From: an uncultured Nitrospiraceae bacterium
GTDB lineage: Bacteria > Nitrospirota > Thermodesulfovibrionia > Thermodesulfovibrionales > SM23-35
Length of the DNA: 64,000 nucleotides
Assembly: GCA_963727775.1 (NCBI GenBank)
Contig: CAVSHB010000001.1
Location: forward strand, 384,001 to 448,000
Direction of reading: 5' to 3'
Of this stretch, positions 45,745-55,928 are shown one piece after another. The position numbers and the translations under genes were made by a program. Position 1 is the stretch's first letter. Each line of letters begins with the position of its first letter. Under the pieces are notes generated by a model. The model did no database searches and was not told the origin of the DNA. It worked only from the letters and a program-made list of their open reading frames with translations.

Positions 45745-48076
45745 AAAGCATGGCGGCAAAGTTAGGACAACTCCTCATAACGGCTAATATCATATCGGAA
45801 GACCAGCTTAAGGAAGCGATCGGCCTCCAGCGGAGGGAAGGCGGCAGGCTTGGGACGAACCTGATGAAGTTAGGGTATATAACTGAAGAGAAGCTTGTTA
45901 CTTTTTTAAGCAAACAATGGGGTGTTCCGGCAATAAACCTTTCTGATTATAAAATAGATCCGTCGGTATTAAAGCTTATTCCGGCAGAGATAGTGAAGAA
46001 GTACTTAATCATACCTGTAGCGAGAGTAGGAGCGACCTTAACGATAGCAATGGCTGACCCGTCTAATGTGTTTGTGATAGACGATGTAAAGTTTATGACG
46101 GGGTATAACGTTGAAGTAGTAGTGTCTGGGGAATCATCGATAATCAATGCCATAACGGGGTACTACCGGGGAGGGGGGGAGGCACTGGTTTCGACGAGGA
46201 AGTCCCCTGCCGCCGCGGCAAAGACGATTCAGGCCAAGGATTATACGATGTCGGATGAGGAATTCAAAGGGGATGAAGCCTTTGCCTCTTTTGATGAAAG
46301 CGTTACGGTCGACGTAGATGAATTCGATAAAGTGATAGGCGAGGCTTTAGATGATGTCGAAATTGTTGAGGAACAGGAAGATGATGCTGTAAGGGATGTA
46401 GAACGGCCTATTGTCAAACTCGTTAACGGCATTCTTATTAATGCGATAAAGGAGAGGGCAAGCGATGTCCACATAGAGCCATATGAGAACTCCCTGAGGG
46501 TACGGCAGCGGGTAGATGGAGTTATGTATACGGTTATGAATCTGCCGGTGAAAATAAAGGCTGCCGTAACGTCGAGGATAAAAATAATGTCCAGCCTCGA
46601 TATTGCCGAGAGGAGACTTCCGCAGGATGGAAGGATTAAACTGAAACTCGGCAAGAAGAAAGAGATAGATTTCCGTGTATCAACGGTACCGTGCCTCTTT
46701 GGGGAAAGGACTGTTTTGCGGCTTCTTGACAAGTCGAACCTTCAGGTAGACCTTACAAAGTTGGGGTTTGAAGAAGAGAATCTGAAAGAATTCATGGATG
46801 CGCTGGAAAAGCCATATGGGATGGCGCTTGTAACAGGGCCCACAGGAAGCGGAAAGACGACGACACTCTATTCTGCATTGCATTATCTCAATAAAATAGG
46901 TGTTAATGTATCAACTGCCGAGGACCCTGTTGAGTATAACTTCTTGGGGATCAATCAGGTGCAGGTGAAGGAAGATATAGGCCTTACATTTGCTTCGGCA
47001 CTCAGGTCTTTTCTGCGGCAGGACCCCGACATTATCATGGTTGGAGAGATACGTGACTTTGAGACGGCAGAGATCTCAGTGAAGGCTGCGCTGACCGGCC
47101 ATCTTGTCCTGAGCACCCTTCATACAAATGATGCTCCAGGCACTATAAGCAGACTGCTGAATATGGGAATTGAGCCGTTTCTTGTAGCAGCGTCAGTTAT
47201 TCTTATTGTGTCACAAAGGCTTACGAGGGTGATATGTTCATCTTGCAAGGAAGAAGAGAAAGTCCCTCTCCCTGCGCTCATCCAGTTAGGGTTCTCGGAA
47301 GAAGAGGCGGAATCTATAATATGTTATAAAGGCAAAGGTTGTTCTGCATGCAATAATAGCGGGTATAAAGGAAGGATAGCCCTTTATGAAGTCATGTCTC
47401 TTAAGGATGAACTTAAAGAAATGATTCTTGAAGGGGCATCCGCTGATGAATTGAAAAAGACCGCCATCAGACTCGGGATGAGGACATTAAGGGTGAGCGG
47501 GTTGGCCAAGATTAAAAGCGGTATTACTACCATAGATGAAATTGTCAGGGTTACCTTCGGAGATTAAATATGGGAAAAGCATGGCGGCAAAGTTAGGACA
47601 ACTCCTCATAACGGCTAATATCATATCGGAAGACCAGCTTAAGGAAGCGATCGGCCTCCAGCGGAGGGAAGGCGGCAGGCTTGGGACGAACCTGATGAAG
47701 TTAGGGTATATAACTGAAGAGAAGCTTGTTACTTTTTTAAGCAAACAATGGGGTGTTCCGGCAATAAACCTTTCTGATTATAAAATAGATCCGTCGGTAT
47801 TAAAGCTTATTCCGGCAGAGATAGTGAAGAAGTACTTAATCATACCTGTAGCGAGAGTAGGAGCGACCTTAACGATAGCAATGGCTGACCCGTCTAATGT
47901 GTTTGTGATAGACGATGTAAAGTTTATGACGGGGTATAACGTTGAAGTAGTAGTGTCTGGGGAATCATCGATAATCAATGCCATAACGGGGTACTACCGG
48001 GGAGGGGGGGAGGCACTGGTTTCGACGAGGAAGTCCCCTGCCGCCGCGGCAAAGACGATTCAGGCCAAGGATTATA
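45745..48076 (+). repeat. ~500-bp exact direct repeat: 45745-46245 equals 47576-48076
   Basis: By-eye comparison shows identity from AAAGCATGGCGGCAAAG to AAGGATTATA; offset 1831 bp. Confidence 0.9.
45750..47567 (+). CDS. pilB: Type IV pilus assembly ATPase PilB, copy 1
   Basis: N-terminal MshEN-like domain, ASDVHIEP, DIAERRLPQDGR, Walker A GPTGSGKT, LRQDPD, STLHTN, tetra-Cys Zn motif; 605 aa. Confidence 0.95.
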   Translation: MAAKLGQLLITANIISEDQLKEAIGLQRREGGRLGTNLMKLGYITEEKLVTFLSKQWGVPAINLSDYKIDPSVLKLIPAEIVKKYLIIPVARVGATLTIAMADPSNVFVIDDVKFMTGYNVEVVVSGESSIINAITGYYRGGGEALVSTRKSPAAAAKTIQAKDYTMSDEEFKGDEAFASFDESVTVDVDEFDKVIGEALDDVEIVEEQEDDAVRDVERPIVKLVNGILINAIKERASDVHIEPYENSLRVRQRVDGVMYTVMNLPVKIKAAVTSRIKIMSSLDIAERRLPQDGRIKLKLGKKKEIDFRVSTVPCLFGERTVLRLLDKSNLQVDLTKLGFEEENLKEFMDALEKPYGMALVTGPTGSGKTTTLYSALHYLNKIGVNVSTAEDPVEYNFLGINQVQVKEDIGLTFASALRSFLRQDPDIIMVGEIRDFETAEISVKAALTGHLVLSTLHTNDAPGTISRLLNMGIEPFLVAASVILIVSQRLTRVICSSCKEEEKVPLPALIQLGFSEEEAESIICYKGKGCSACNNSGYKGRIALYEVMSLKDELKEMILEGASADELKKTAIRLGMRTLRVSGLAKIKSGITTIDEIVRVTFGD

Positions 48077-49398
48077 TGATGTCGGATGAGGACCTTAAGG
48101 ATGAAGATACGCTGACTCAGACTGATGAAAGTTTTAGCGTCGATGTAGATGAATTCGATAAGGTCGTAGGTGACGCCCTGGACAGTGTTGAGGCTTATAC
48201 AGAACAGGATGATACCACAGCCGGGGAAGTTGAAGAACCTATTGTCAAACTCGTTAACGGTATCCTTGTCAATGCTATTAAGACCGGAGCAAGCGATATT
48301 CATGTAGAGCCGTATGAGCGCGCGCTGAGGGTCAGGTACAGGGTTGACGGAGTTCTTTTTAATGCGATGAACCTGCCGTTAAAGATAAAGAACCCTATAA
48401 CATCGAGACTTAAGATAATGGCAAAGCTTGATATCGCCGAGAGGAGACTTCCGCAGGACGGAAGGATCAAGCTGAGACTCGGCAAGAAAAAAGAGATAGA
48501 TTTCCGTGTGTCGGTTCTGCCGTGCCTTTATGGTGAAAAGACGGTCCTCAGGATACTCGATAAGGCAAACCTTCAGGTGGACCTTACAAAGCTGGGGTTT
48601 GAAGAAGAGGCGTTGAAGAAATTTTTTGATGTACTGGAAAAGCCGTACGGTATGATACTCGTTACAGGCCCCACCGGAAGCGGCAAGACTACTACGCTTT
48701 ACTCTGCACTGAATTACCTTAACAAGCCGGGCATCAATATAATGACTGCCGAGGACCCTGTTGAGTATAATTTTTTGGGGATGAACCAGGTGCAGGTGAA
48801 GGAAGAAATAGGCCTTACATTCGCCTCGGCGCTGAGGGCGTTTCTGCGGCAAAGCCCTGATATCATTCTCGTTGGAGAGATACGTGACTTTGAGACCGCG
48901 GAAATTGCGGTAAAAGCGGCGCTGACCGGTCATCTTGTGCTGAGTACCCTTCACACAAATGATGCCCCGAGCAGCATAAGCAGGCTTTTGAATATGGGGA
49001 TAGAGCCGTTTTTAGTATCGGCATCTGTTATCCTGATCGCGGCACAGAGACTTGCCAGAAAAATTTGTACGGAATGCAAGGAAGAGGAAAAATTTCCCGT
49101 TTCGGCACTTATACAGTTAGGCTTCACGGAAGAAGAGGCAATATCCGTTAAATGTTACAAGGGGAAGGGTTGCCCGGTATGCAATAACTCCGGGTATAAA
49201 GGGAGGATAGCATTGTATGAAGTTATGCCTGTCGGCAGCGAGATAAAAGAGATGGTTCTTGAAGGCGCATCAGCGGATGAACTGAAGAAGACTGCCGTCA
49301 GGCACGGTATGAAGACCTTAAGGATGAGCGGCCTTACGAAGGTAAAAGAAGGTGTGACCTCTATAGAAGAGGTAATGAGAGTGACATTCGGAGACTGA
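47581..49398 (+). CDS. pilB: Type IV pilus assembly ATPase PilB, copy 2
   Basis: Same motifs (LRQSPD variant); 605 aa from ATG 47581. Confidence 0.95.
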   Translation: MAAKLGQLLITANIISEDQLKEAIGLQRREGGRLGTNLMKLGYITEEKLVTFLSKQWGVPAINLSDYKIDPSVLKLIPAEIVKKYLIIPVARVGATLTIAMADPSNVFVIDDVKFMTGYNVEVVVSGESSIINAITGYYRGGGEALVSTRKSPAAAAKTIQAKDYMMSDEDLKDEDTLTQTDESFSVDVDEFDKVVGDALDSVEAYTEQDDTTAGEVEEPIVKLVNGILVNAIKTGASDIHVEPYERALRVRYRVDGVLFNAMNLPLKIKNPITSRLKIMAKLDIAERRLPQDGRIKLRLGKKKEIDFRVSVLPCLYGEKTVLRILDKANLQVDLTKLGFEEEALKKFFDVLEKPYGMILVTGPTGSGKTTTLYSALNYLNKPGINIMTAEDPVEYNFLGMNQVQVKEEIGLTFASALRAFLRQSPDIILVGEIRDFETAEIAVKAALTGHLVLSTLHTNDAPSSISRLLNMGIEPFLVSASVILIAAQRLARKICTECKEEEKFPVSALIQLGFTEEEAISVKCYKGKGCPVCNNSGYKGRIALYEVMPVGSEIKEMVLEGASADELKKTAVRHGMKTLRMSGLTKVKEGVTSIEEVMRVTFGD

Positions 49399-49469
49399 TA
49401 AAACCGGGCAGTGTTGTTATAATGAAAACTAATGATTAAAATCGGATAACTGAGATAACGGAGAGGGAA

Positions 49470-50564
49470 ATGGCTACACTTTATGATCTGCTGAAGATGA
49501 TGATTGAAAAAAATGCCTCAGACCTTCATATAACGACAGGCAGTTCACCGAGGTTGAGGATAGACGGCAAACTTGTGAGTATTGATAATCCGCTTCTGAC
49601 ACCCGCGGATACAAAGGCCCTGTGCTACAGCATTCTTACCGATGCGCAAAAACATAAATATGAGGAAAATAATGAACTCGACCTGTCTTTTGGAGTAAAG
49701 GGTTTAAGCCGGTTCAGGGCAAATATATTTATGCAGCGCGGCGCAGTGGCAGGAGCGTTCAGGACTATACCCTTTGATATCAGAGGCTTTAAGGACCTCG
49801 GCTTACCGGAGATGACAGGTGAACTTGCAAAAAAGACGCGCGGTCTGATTCTCGTTACCGGACCCACCGGAAGCGGAAAATCTACAACCTTAGCCGCAAT
49901 GGTTGACAAAATAAACTCTGAAAGATACGAGCACATAATAACAATAGAAGATCCGATAGAATATCTTCACCCGCACAAGAAGTGTCTGATCAACCAGAGA
50001 GAGGTACATGCCGATACGTCATCTTTTAAGGCTGCGTTGCGGTATGTCCTCAGACAAGATCCCGATGTGGTTCTCATCGGTGAAATGCGCGACCTCGAAA
50101 CAATAGAAGCAGCCCTCACTGTTTCGGAAACAGGACATTTGACTTTGGCTACTTTGCATACAAATTCCGCCGTCCAGACAATAAACCGTATCATTGATGT
50201 CTTCCCGCCGCATCAACAGGAGCAGATAAGGGTCCAGCTCTCTTTTGTGCTTGAAGGCATACTCGCTCAACAGCTTATCCCGAAGAAATCGGGACAGGGT
50301 AGGGTTCTCTCAGTCGAATTACTTGTACCCAACCCTGCCATCAGGAATCTAATAAGAGAAGACAAGATACACCAGATATATTCGATGATGCAGACCGGTC
50401 AGGGAAAGTCCGGAATGCAGACAATGAACGAGTCGTTGTTCGCCCTTTATTCAAAAGGACTTATAAAGTACGAAGATGCTGTCGGGAGATCACCGGTAGC
50501 CGATGAGTTGATTCAAGTGATTCAAAAGAGTCTGCCGTCAACCTCCGGGAAAGGAAGGACATAA
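49470..50564 (+). CDS. pilT: Type IV pilus retraction ATPase PilT
   Basis: ASDLHIT, GPTGSGKSTTLA, LRQDPDV, AIRNLIRE motif. Confidence 0.97.
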   Translation: MATLYDLLKMMIEKNASDLHITTGSSPRLRIDGKLVSIDNPLLTPADTKALCYSILTDAQKHKYEENNELDLSFGVKGLSRFRANIFMQRGAVAGAFRTIPFDIRGFKDLGLPEMTGELAKKTRGLILVTGPTGSGKSTTLAAMVDKINSERYEHIITIEDPIEYLHPHKKCLINQREVHADTSSFKAALRYVLRQDPDVVLIGEMRDLETIEAALTVSETGHLTLATLHTNSAVQTINRIIDVFPPHQQEQIRVQLSFVLEGILAQQLIPKKSGQGRVLSVELLVPNPAIRNLIREDKIHQIYSMMQTGQGKSGMQTMNESLFALYSKGLIKYEDAVGRSPVADELIQVIQKSLPSTSGKGRT

Positions 50565-50566
50565 AA

Positions 50567-51778
50567 ATGGCTATTGTTTTTAAATGGTCCGGCAAGACAT
50601 CGCGGGGAACCATCGAATCAGGTGAAATGACCGCGGCAACAAAAGAAGACGTTATTGCGTTCCTTAAGAAAAGGAATATTGTTGCTACCGTTGTTACTGA
50701 AAAGTCACAGAAGGGGTTGGGCAAGTTTACATTTGGAGGCAAAGTAAAGGATAAGGATATCGTTATATTTACAAGACAATTTGCCACGATGATTGACGCA
50801 GGACTGCCGCTGGTACAGGCCCTTGATATACTGTCGGCGCAGGTTGAAAGTAAGGTCTTGGGCAATGCACTTTTGCAGGTCAAGTCGGATGTTGAATCAG
50901 GAGCGACATATGCTGATGCTCTTAGAAAACACACCCGTATATTCAGTGAATTATATGTGAATATGGTTGCTGCGGGTGAGGCAGGCGGGATACTCGATAC
51001 AATACTTAACAGGCTGGCAGTTTACATTGAAAAGGCGATGAAGCTGAAAAAGAAGGTCAAGGGGGCAATGGTTTATCCCGCTGTTGTCTCATCAATCGCT
51101 GTTTTGGTAATTGCCGTCATAATGATATTCGTTGTCCCGACATTCTCTAAGATGTTTGCTACCCTGGGAGGAACACTCCCTTTGCCGACAAGGATGATCG
51201 TTGGTCTCAGTGGTTTCATCGCAGGCATCGGCGGGTTGATTATCTTAATGGCGATTGTCGCAATAGTAGTCTTTATTGTTCAGGTCAGGAGAACGGAGAA
51301 GGGTAAGCACGTCATAGATAAAATTCTGCTCAGGCTCCCGATTTTCGGTCCTTTGCTGAATAAAGTAGCCGTGGCAAAATTCACAAGGACACTGGGTACC
51401 CTTGTCAGCAGTGGTGTTCCGATCTTGGACGGTCTTGAGATAACTGCCAAGACGTCAGGCAACAAAGTTATTGAATATGCAATTACCGATGTCAGGAAAG
51501 GGGTAGTCAGCGGGAAGACCCTTGCCGAGCCTATTACAAAAGCCAAGGTGTTTCCGCCTATGGTTACCCATATGATAGCAGTCGGTGAATCGACCGGCGC
51601 GCTTGATGCAATGCTTTCGAAGATCGCCGATTTTTATGATGATGAAGTTGATGCAGCCGTATCGAACCTAACCGCAATGATGGAGCCTTTGCTGATGGTG
51701 TTCCTCGGCGGCGCTGTAGGTTTTATAGTTGTTGCAATGTATTTGCCGATATTCAAACTTATTACACTTATAAAATAA
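50567..51778 (+). CDS. pilC: Type IV pilus platform protein PilC (GspF family)
   Basis: FTRQFATMIDAGLP, AGEAGG, AMVYP, VGESTG, MYLPIF. Confidence 0.96.
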   Translation: MAIVFKWSGKTSRGTIESGEMTAATKEDVIAFLKKRNIVATVVTEKSQKGLGKFTFGGKVKDKDIVIFTRQFATMIDAGLPLVQALDILSAQVESKVLGNALLQVKSDVESGATYADALRKHTRIFSELYVNMVAAGEAGGILDTILNRLAVYIEKAMKLKKKVKGAMVYPAVVSSIAVLVIAVIMIFVVPTFSKMFATLGGTLPLPTRMIVGLSGFIAGIGGLIILMAIVAIVVFIVQVRRTEKGKHVIDKILLRLPIFGPLLNKVAVAKFTRTLGTLVSSGVPILDGLEITAKTSGNKVIEYAITDVRKGVVSGKTLAEPITKAKVFPPMVTHMIAVGESTGALDAMLSKIADFYDDEVDAAVSNLTAMMEPLLMVFLGGAVGFIVVAMYLPIFKLITLIK

Positions 51779-51944
51779 AGACCGGCTCTTATTCAAAAAA
51801 GGTGAATTGAAGAATTCGAGAATTGCAGGTGCCGGACAACCTACTGATGTTCGGCAAAACCTCAGGATCCTTGATGGGACAGTGCTATGAACACCTTATG
51901 TCCGATCCCCCTTTGGACGGTCTACTGCCCGGTATATTTGTGGT

Positions 51945-53543
51945 ATGGAATTTATGTCTGAAGATATCATAACGCTAAAAAAGAAATTAAAGGCTTTGAT
52001 AGTATTCAGGGTCATCTTTGTCACCCTTTTCTTCGGTTCTTCTTTTTTCTTCTGGGGATTTGGAAGATTTCATGATATCCACACGCTATCTTACCTGATT
52101 ATATCCCAGTATGTTTTTACTATTATTTATTACCTTCTGCTCGAAAGAACCGGCAATCTTGTCCTGTTTGCATATGTACAGTTGACGATCGATATTTTTT
52201 TCGAGATACTGCTTATCTATTTTACAGGCGGAATTGACAGCTGGTTTTCCTTTACTCTAGTACTTACGATCCTGGCTTCAAGTATCGTGCTGAATAAAAA
52301 AGCAGGCTTTATCACTGCAACATTAAGCAGCGTTCTTTACGGTATGCTCATCAATCTTCAGTTATACGGCTTGCTGGCCGTCAAAAGTGAAGGCCTTATG
52401 GAAGCGAAGGATTATTTATACAAGATATTCATTCATACGATTTTCTTTTATCTTACCGCCTATCTCAGCGGATATCTCTCATCAAGGCTTGAGAAGACGG
52501 TGCAAAAACTTGCGGAAAAAGACCTGGATATACGTGACCTCGAAATTTTTACCAGAGAAGTCGTAGAAGGCCTGCCGAGCGGCCTTTTTACTACTGACAT
52601 GTCCGGAAGGGTACTGCTCTTCAACCGCGCCGCTGAAAGAATAACGGGGATCGGGAGAGAGGCTGTTATAGGACAGAAGATAGATTCAGTTATCCCGTTC
52701 TTCCCGTTTCCGTTTTATGAAGAACGAAGGGATGAAAAAACGGTAACAACCGGTCGCACTCAAAAGATAATTGGACTTAATATCTCATTAATGAAAGGCG
52801 CGGCTGATAACACTAAAGGTTTTATAGTGGTTTTCCAGGACCTTACGCCGTTCAAAAAACTTGAAGCGGAAATGAAACAAAAAGAAAAATGGGCAGCCAT
52901 AGGAGAACTTTCATCGAATATCGCCCATGAGATCAGGAATCCCCTCGCCTCTTTAAAGGGTTCAATAGAAATGATCAGGGAAGATTCGATACCGAAGAAT
53001 CAAAAAGAGAGGCTTATGGAGATTGCCTTAAACGAGATGGACCGCCTTAACCGCATTATAACCGATTTCCTTACCTATTCACGTCCTACACCACCGGAAT
53101 TCAGTCAGTTTGATATCCATGAACTTCTCGATGAAACAATAGACCTCCTAAAGAATGTAGATCAAAATAATGGGCATGTTTCCATAAGAAAAAATTACAA
53201 CGGCCCGGTTACTGTGAACGGTGACCCCCAGAAATTGCGGCAGGTGTTCTGGAACCTCGGCTTAAATGCAATGGAAGCAATGCCTGAGGGAGGGGAGATT
53301 ATTGTCTCAACAAGAGATACGTCCGATTCTGTTGAGATAACCATGAAGGATTTTGGCGCCGGGATAGAGGAAAAGAACCAAGAAAAAATATTCTACCCAT
53401 TTTTTACTACAAAAGAGCGGGGCACAGGACTTGGACTTGCAATAGCTTACAGGATAGTCGAAGAACACCGGGGCCGGATAAACGTGGAGAGCGGACATGG
53501 AATCGGTACAACCTTTGAGGTTATACTACCCAAAGAAAAATGA
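51945..53543 (+). CDS. pilS: Membrane sensor histidine kinase, PilS-like
   Basis: Multiple TM helices, PAS domain, H-box AHEIRNPL, N/G boxes (PFFTTK, GTGLGL); synteny with pilC and pilR. Confidence 0.85.
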   Translation: MEFMSEDIITLKKKLKALIVFRVIFVTLFFGSSFFFWGFGRFHDIHTLSYLIISQYVFTIIYYLLLERTGNLVLFAYVQLTIDIFFEILLIYFTGGIDSWFSFTLVLTILASSIVLNKKAGFITATLSSVLYGMLINLQLYGLLAVKSEGLMEAKDYLYKIFIHTIFFYLTAYLSGYLSSRLEKTVQKLAEKDLDIRDLEIFTREVVEGLPSGLFTTDMSGRVLLFNRAAERITGIGREAVIGQKIDSVIPFFPFPFYEERRDEKTVTTGRTQKIIGLNISLMKGAADNTKGFIVVFQDLTPFKKLEAEMKQKEKWAAIGELSSNIAHEIRNPLASLKGSIEMIREDSIPKNQKERLMEIALNEMDRLNRIITDFLTYSRPTPPEFSQFDIHELLDETIDLLKNVDQNNGHVSIRKNYNGPVTVNGDPQKLRQVFWNLGLNAMEAMPEGGEIIVSTRDTSDSVEITMKDFGAGIEEKNQEKIFYPFFTTKERGTGLGLAIAYRIVEEHRGRINVESGHGIGTTFEVILPKEK

Positions 53544-54913
53544 AGAAGGATAAAGGGAAAATACTCGTTGTCGAGGATGAGCAAAGCATGCGGGAAGTGC
53601 TCAAGATCCTCCTTGAGGGAGAGCACTATAAGGTAATAACCGTGTCCGACGGGCTTGAAGGCCTCTCATTGTTGGACAGGGACATATTCGATCTCGTTAT
53701 AACCGACATGAAGATGCCGAAGGCCGGCGGGTTCGAAGTGCTGAAAAAAGTAAAAGAGACATCACCGGATACGGTTGTAATCATGATAACGGCTTTCGGG
53801 AGTAAAGAGATTGCAATTGAAGCAATGAAGTTGGGCGCCTATGATTACATCAGCAAACCTTTCAATATCGACGAGATACGATTAATTGTCAGAAAGGCGA
53901 TCGAGAAGAAAAGGGAGAGGGAAGAGCTTGATATCCTGAGAGAGAAAGTAGAAGCTGCATACACCCTCGAAAACATTATCGGAAAGAGCCCAAAGATGCA
54001 GGATATGTTTAAGCTTATTCCGCGGATAGCCCAGAGCAACTCTAATGTGCTGATAACCGGTGAGAGCGGTTCGGGCAAGGAACTGGTTGCTGCTGCGCTG
54101 CACAATCTTAGTCACAGGAAGAAGAAGAATTTTGTGACAATAAACTGTGCGGCATTTCCTGAAGGACTTCTTGAATCGGAGTTGTTCGGACATATGAAAG
54201 GTTCTTTTACAGGTGCTTTGTATAACAAGCAGGGGTTATTTGAGGTTGCCGACGAAGGCAGTATCTTTCTCGATGAGATCGGAGAGATGCCTGCCACCCT
54301 TCAATCTAAGTTACTCAGGGTCCTTGAGAACGGGACATTCAGACGTGTCGGGGGAACAACAGATATTAAGGTTGATATTAGGGTCATATCCGCAACGAAT
54401 AAGGACTTAAAGGAAGAGATAACAGCCGGAAGATTCAGGGAGGATTTATTTTATAGACTGAATGTGGTCCCTGTTAATATCCCTCCTTTAAGAGAGAGAA
54501 AAGAAGATATTCCATTGCTTGTAGACCATTTTATGAGAAAAACGTCTGATAAACTAAAATGGATTACCCCGGAGGCAATGAGGTTTTTAATAGACTATCC
54601 CTGGATGGGTAATGTAAGAGAACTCGAGAACGCTATCGAGCGTATAGCTTTGCTCACGGACAAAGAAGCGATAACACCCTTAGAACTTCCGCCGGAAATT
54701 GCCGGAACGGCAGGGTATGTTATTGAGACAAAGGGGCTGCCGACCATAACAGACGAAGGCATAGATATCGATAAAATTATCGACGATATTGAAAGAAAAT
54801 ATCTCCTCAACGCTCTTGAAAAGGCCGGTGGGGTAAAGACTGAAGCGGCAAAACTTTTGAACCTTTCTTTCCGGTCCTTCCGCCACAGACTCCATAAATA
54901 CGGGATCACCTAA
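53540..54913 (+). CDS. pilR: Sigma54-dependent response regulator, PilR-like
   Basis: Receiver domain, GESGSGKE, ESELFGHMKGSFTGA, FREDLFYRLNV, C-terminal HTH. Confidence 0.87.
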   Translation: MKKDKGKILVVEDEQSMREVLKILLEGEHYKVITVSDGLEGLSLLDRDIFDLVITDMKMPKAGGFEVLKKVKETSPDTVVIMITAFGSKEIAIEAMKLGAYDYISKPFNIDEIRLIVRKAIEKKREREELDILREKVEAAYTLENIIGKSPKMQDMFKLIPRIAQSNSNVLITGESGSGKELVAAALHNLSHRKKKNFVTINCAAFPEGLLESELFGHMKGSFTGALYNKQGLFEVADEGSIFLDEIGEMPATLQSKLLRVLENGTFRRVGGTTDIKVDIRVISATNKDLKEEITAGRFREDLFYRLNVVPVNIPPLRERKEDIPLLVDHFMRKTSDKLKWITPEAMRFLIDYPWMGNVRELENAIERIALLTDKEAITPLELPPEIAGTAGYVIETKGLPTITDEGIDIDKIIDDIERKYLLNALEKAGGVKTEAAKLLNLSFRSFRHRLHKYGIT

Positions 54914-55674
54914 GAAATTCCCACCCTCTGCGGATGTGTATAAACATTCATGCGGTCGCCCCTCACGAACCCGATTAATGTCAGCCCCGATTTTTCGGAT
55001 ATCTCAACGGCGAGGTTTGTGGGGGCGGTCCTGCTTGCAAGAATCGGGATGCCCCACCGTGCGCATTTTGATGCAATCTCTGATGAGAGCCGCCCGCTCA
55101 CTAACATTAATTTCCCGCTGAAAGGTATGTCCTCAATGATTGCATGTCCTATGACCTTGTCAACGGCGTTATGCCTGCCTATGTCTTCCGTGAAAACAAA
55201 TATCTCCTTACCGTCAGACAATGCTGCGCTGTGGACACAGCCCGTAAGTCTGAAGAGTTCGGACCTCTGCTGGAACTCCTTAAAAACGGATTTCAGGGTC
55301 TCAGCGTCAACGGAAAAATCATCTGTTATCTTTTCGAAATTCTTCCCTTTGGGGAATGTGATGCCGCCAACGCACCCCGATGTGATTACCATGCCTTGTG
55401 TTGAAATTTCGCCGTCAGCAGGGATATCGACAGTTATCTCATCCCCGTACTCTATATTGATTTTCTCCGTGCAGAAATGCCCCTTGATTATTCCTTCGGT
55501 CAGGAATAGGCCGACGACCAGTTCCCTTATCATCATGGGTGTACAATAAAGGCTTATTACATGCCTGCCGTTTACGGATATCCTGAGTTTTTTTTCTGCT
55601 GCAATATAGTCTTCAGTCTCCTCAAAGGATAGTCCCTGTTTCTTGATTATTTTTCTTCTTATGTACGGGTTCAT
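54910..55674 (-). CDS. fdhD: Formate dehydrogenase accessory sulfurtransferase FdhD
   Basis: GLFLTEG, SGCVG, TGCVHSAAL, EDIGRHNAVDK, SGRLSSE, GFVRG, VYTHPQR. Confidence 0.95.
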   Translation of the reverse strand: MNPYIRRKIIKKQGLSFEETEDYIAAEKKLRISVNGRHVISLYCTPMMIRELVVGLFLTEGIIKGHFCTEKINIEYGDEITVDIPADGEISTQGMVITSGCVGGITFPKGKNFEKITDDFSVDAETLKSVFKEFQQRSELFRLTGCVHSAALSDGKEIFVFTEDIGRHNAVDKVIGHAIIEDIPFSGKLMLVSGRLSSEIASKCARWGIPILASRTAPTNLAVEISEKSGLTLIGFVRGDRMNVYTHPQRVGIS

Positions 55675-55682
55675 TAATCTCC

Positions 55683-55806
55683 ATACCCCGCCGTCTCTGC
55701 GGCGGGCACCTTACGTCGTCGGGGTGCAGGGCGTCGGAGCGAAGCGCAGACCCTTGCCGACCCGCGGGGTCTAATACCCCGTGGTGTCGTGCCGAGCAAA
55801 GCGAGG
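55683..55806. repeat. GC-rich multi-hairpin palindromic element (REP/MITE-like)
   Basis: Hairpins CCCGCCG/CGGCGGG, GCACC/GGTGC, AGGG/CCCT, CCGCGGGGT/ACCCCGTGG; ATACCCCG twice; GAGCGAAGCG and GAGCAAAGCG. Confidence 0.55.
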
Positions 55807-55928
55807 TTTAGTTTATTATTTTTTTTTCCAGTGCCACCACTGACCTTATAGAATAATTATACATCCAAATGTTGTGTATTCGTCCTGTCAAATAAAAAAT
55901 CTTGAGATAAAAGATATATAATAGGGAC

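Noticed and set aside
47536..47580. 15-aa N-terminal extension of pilB copy 2
   Set aside because: Overlaps the end of copy 1; identity with copy 1 begins at ATG 47581.
51850..51900. c-di-GMP-I riboswitch-like words (GGCAAA...GGGAC) between pilC and pilS
   Set aside because: Lacks the GNRA tetraloop stem and the GCAAAG junction; partial match only.
54950..55549. 199-aa plus-strand ORF
   Set aside because: Entirely antisense to the well-supported fdhD.
55675..55860. Moco/Wco riboswitch upstream of fdhD
   Set aside because: The conserved segments of that motif were not recognisable on the minus strand; the element looks more like a palindromic repeat.
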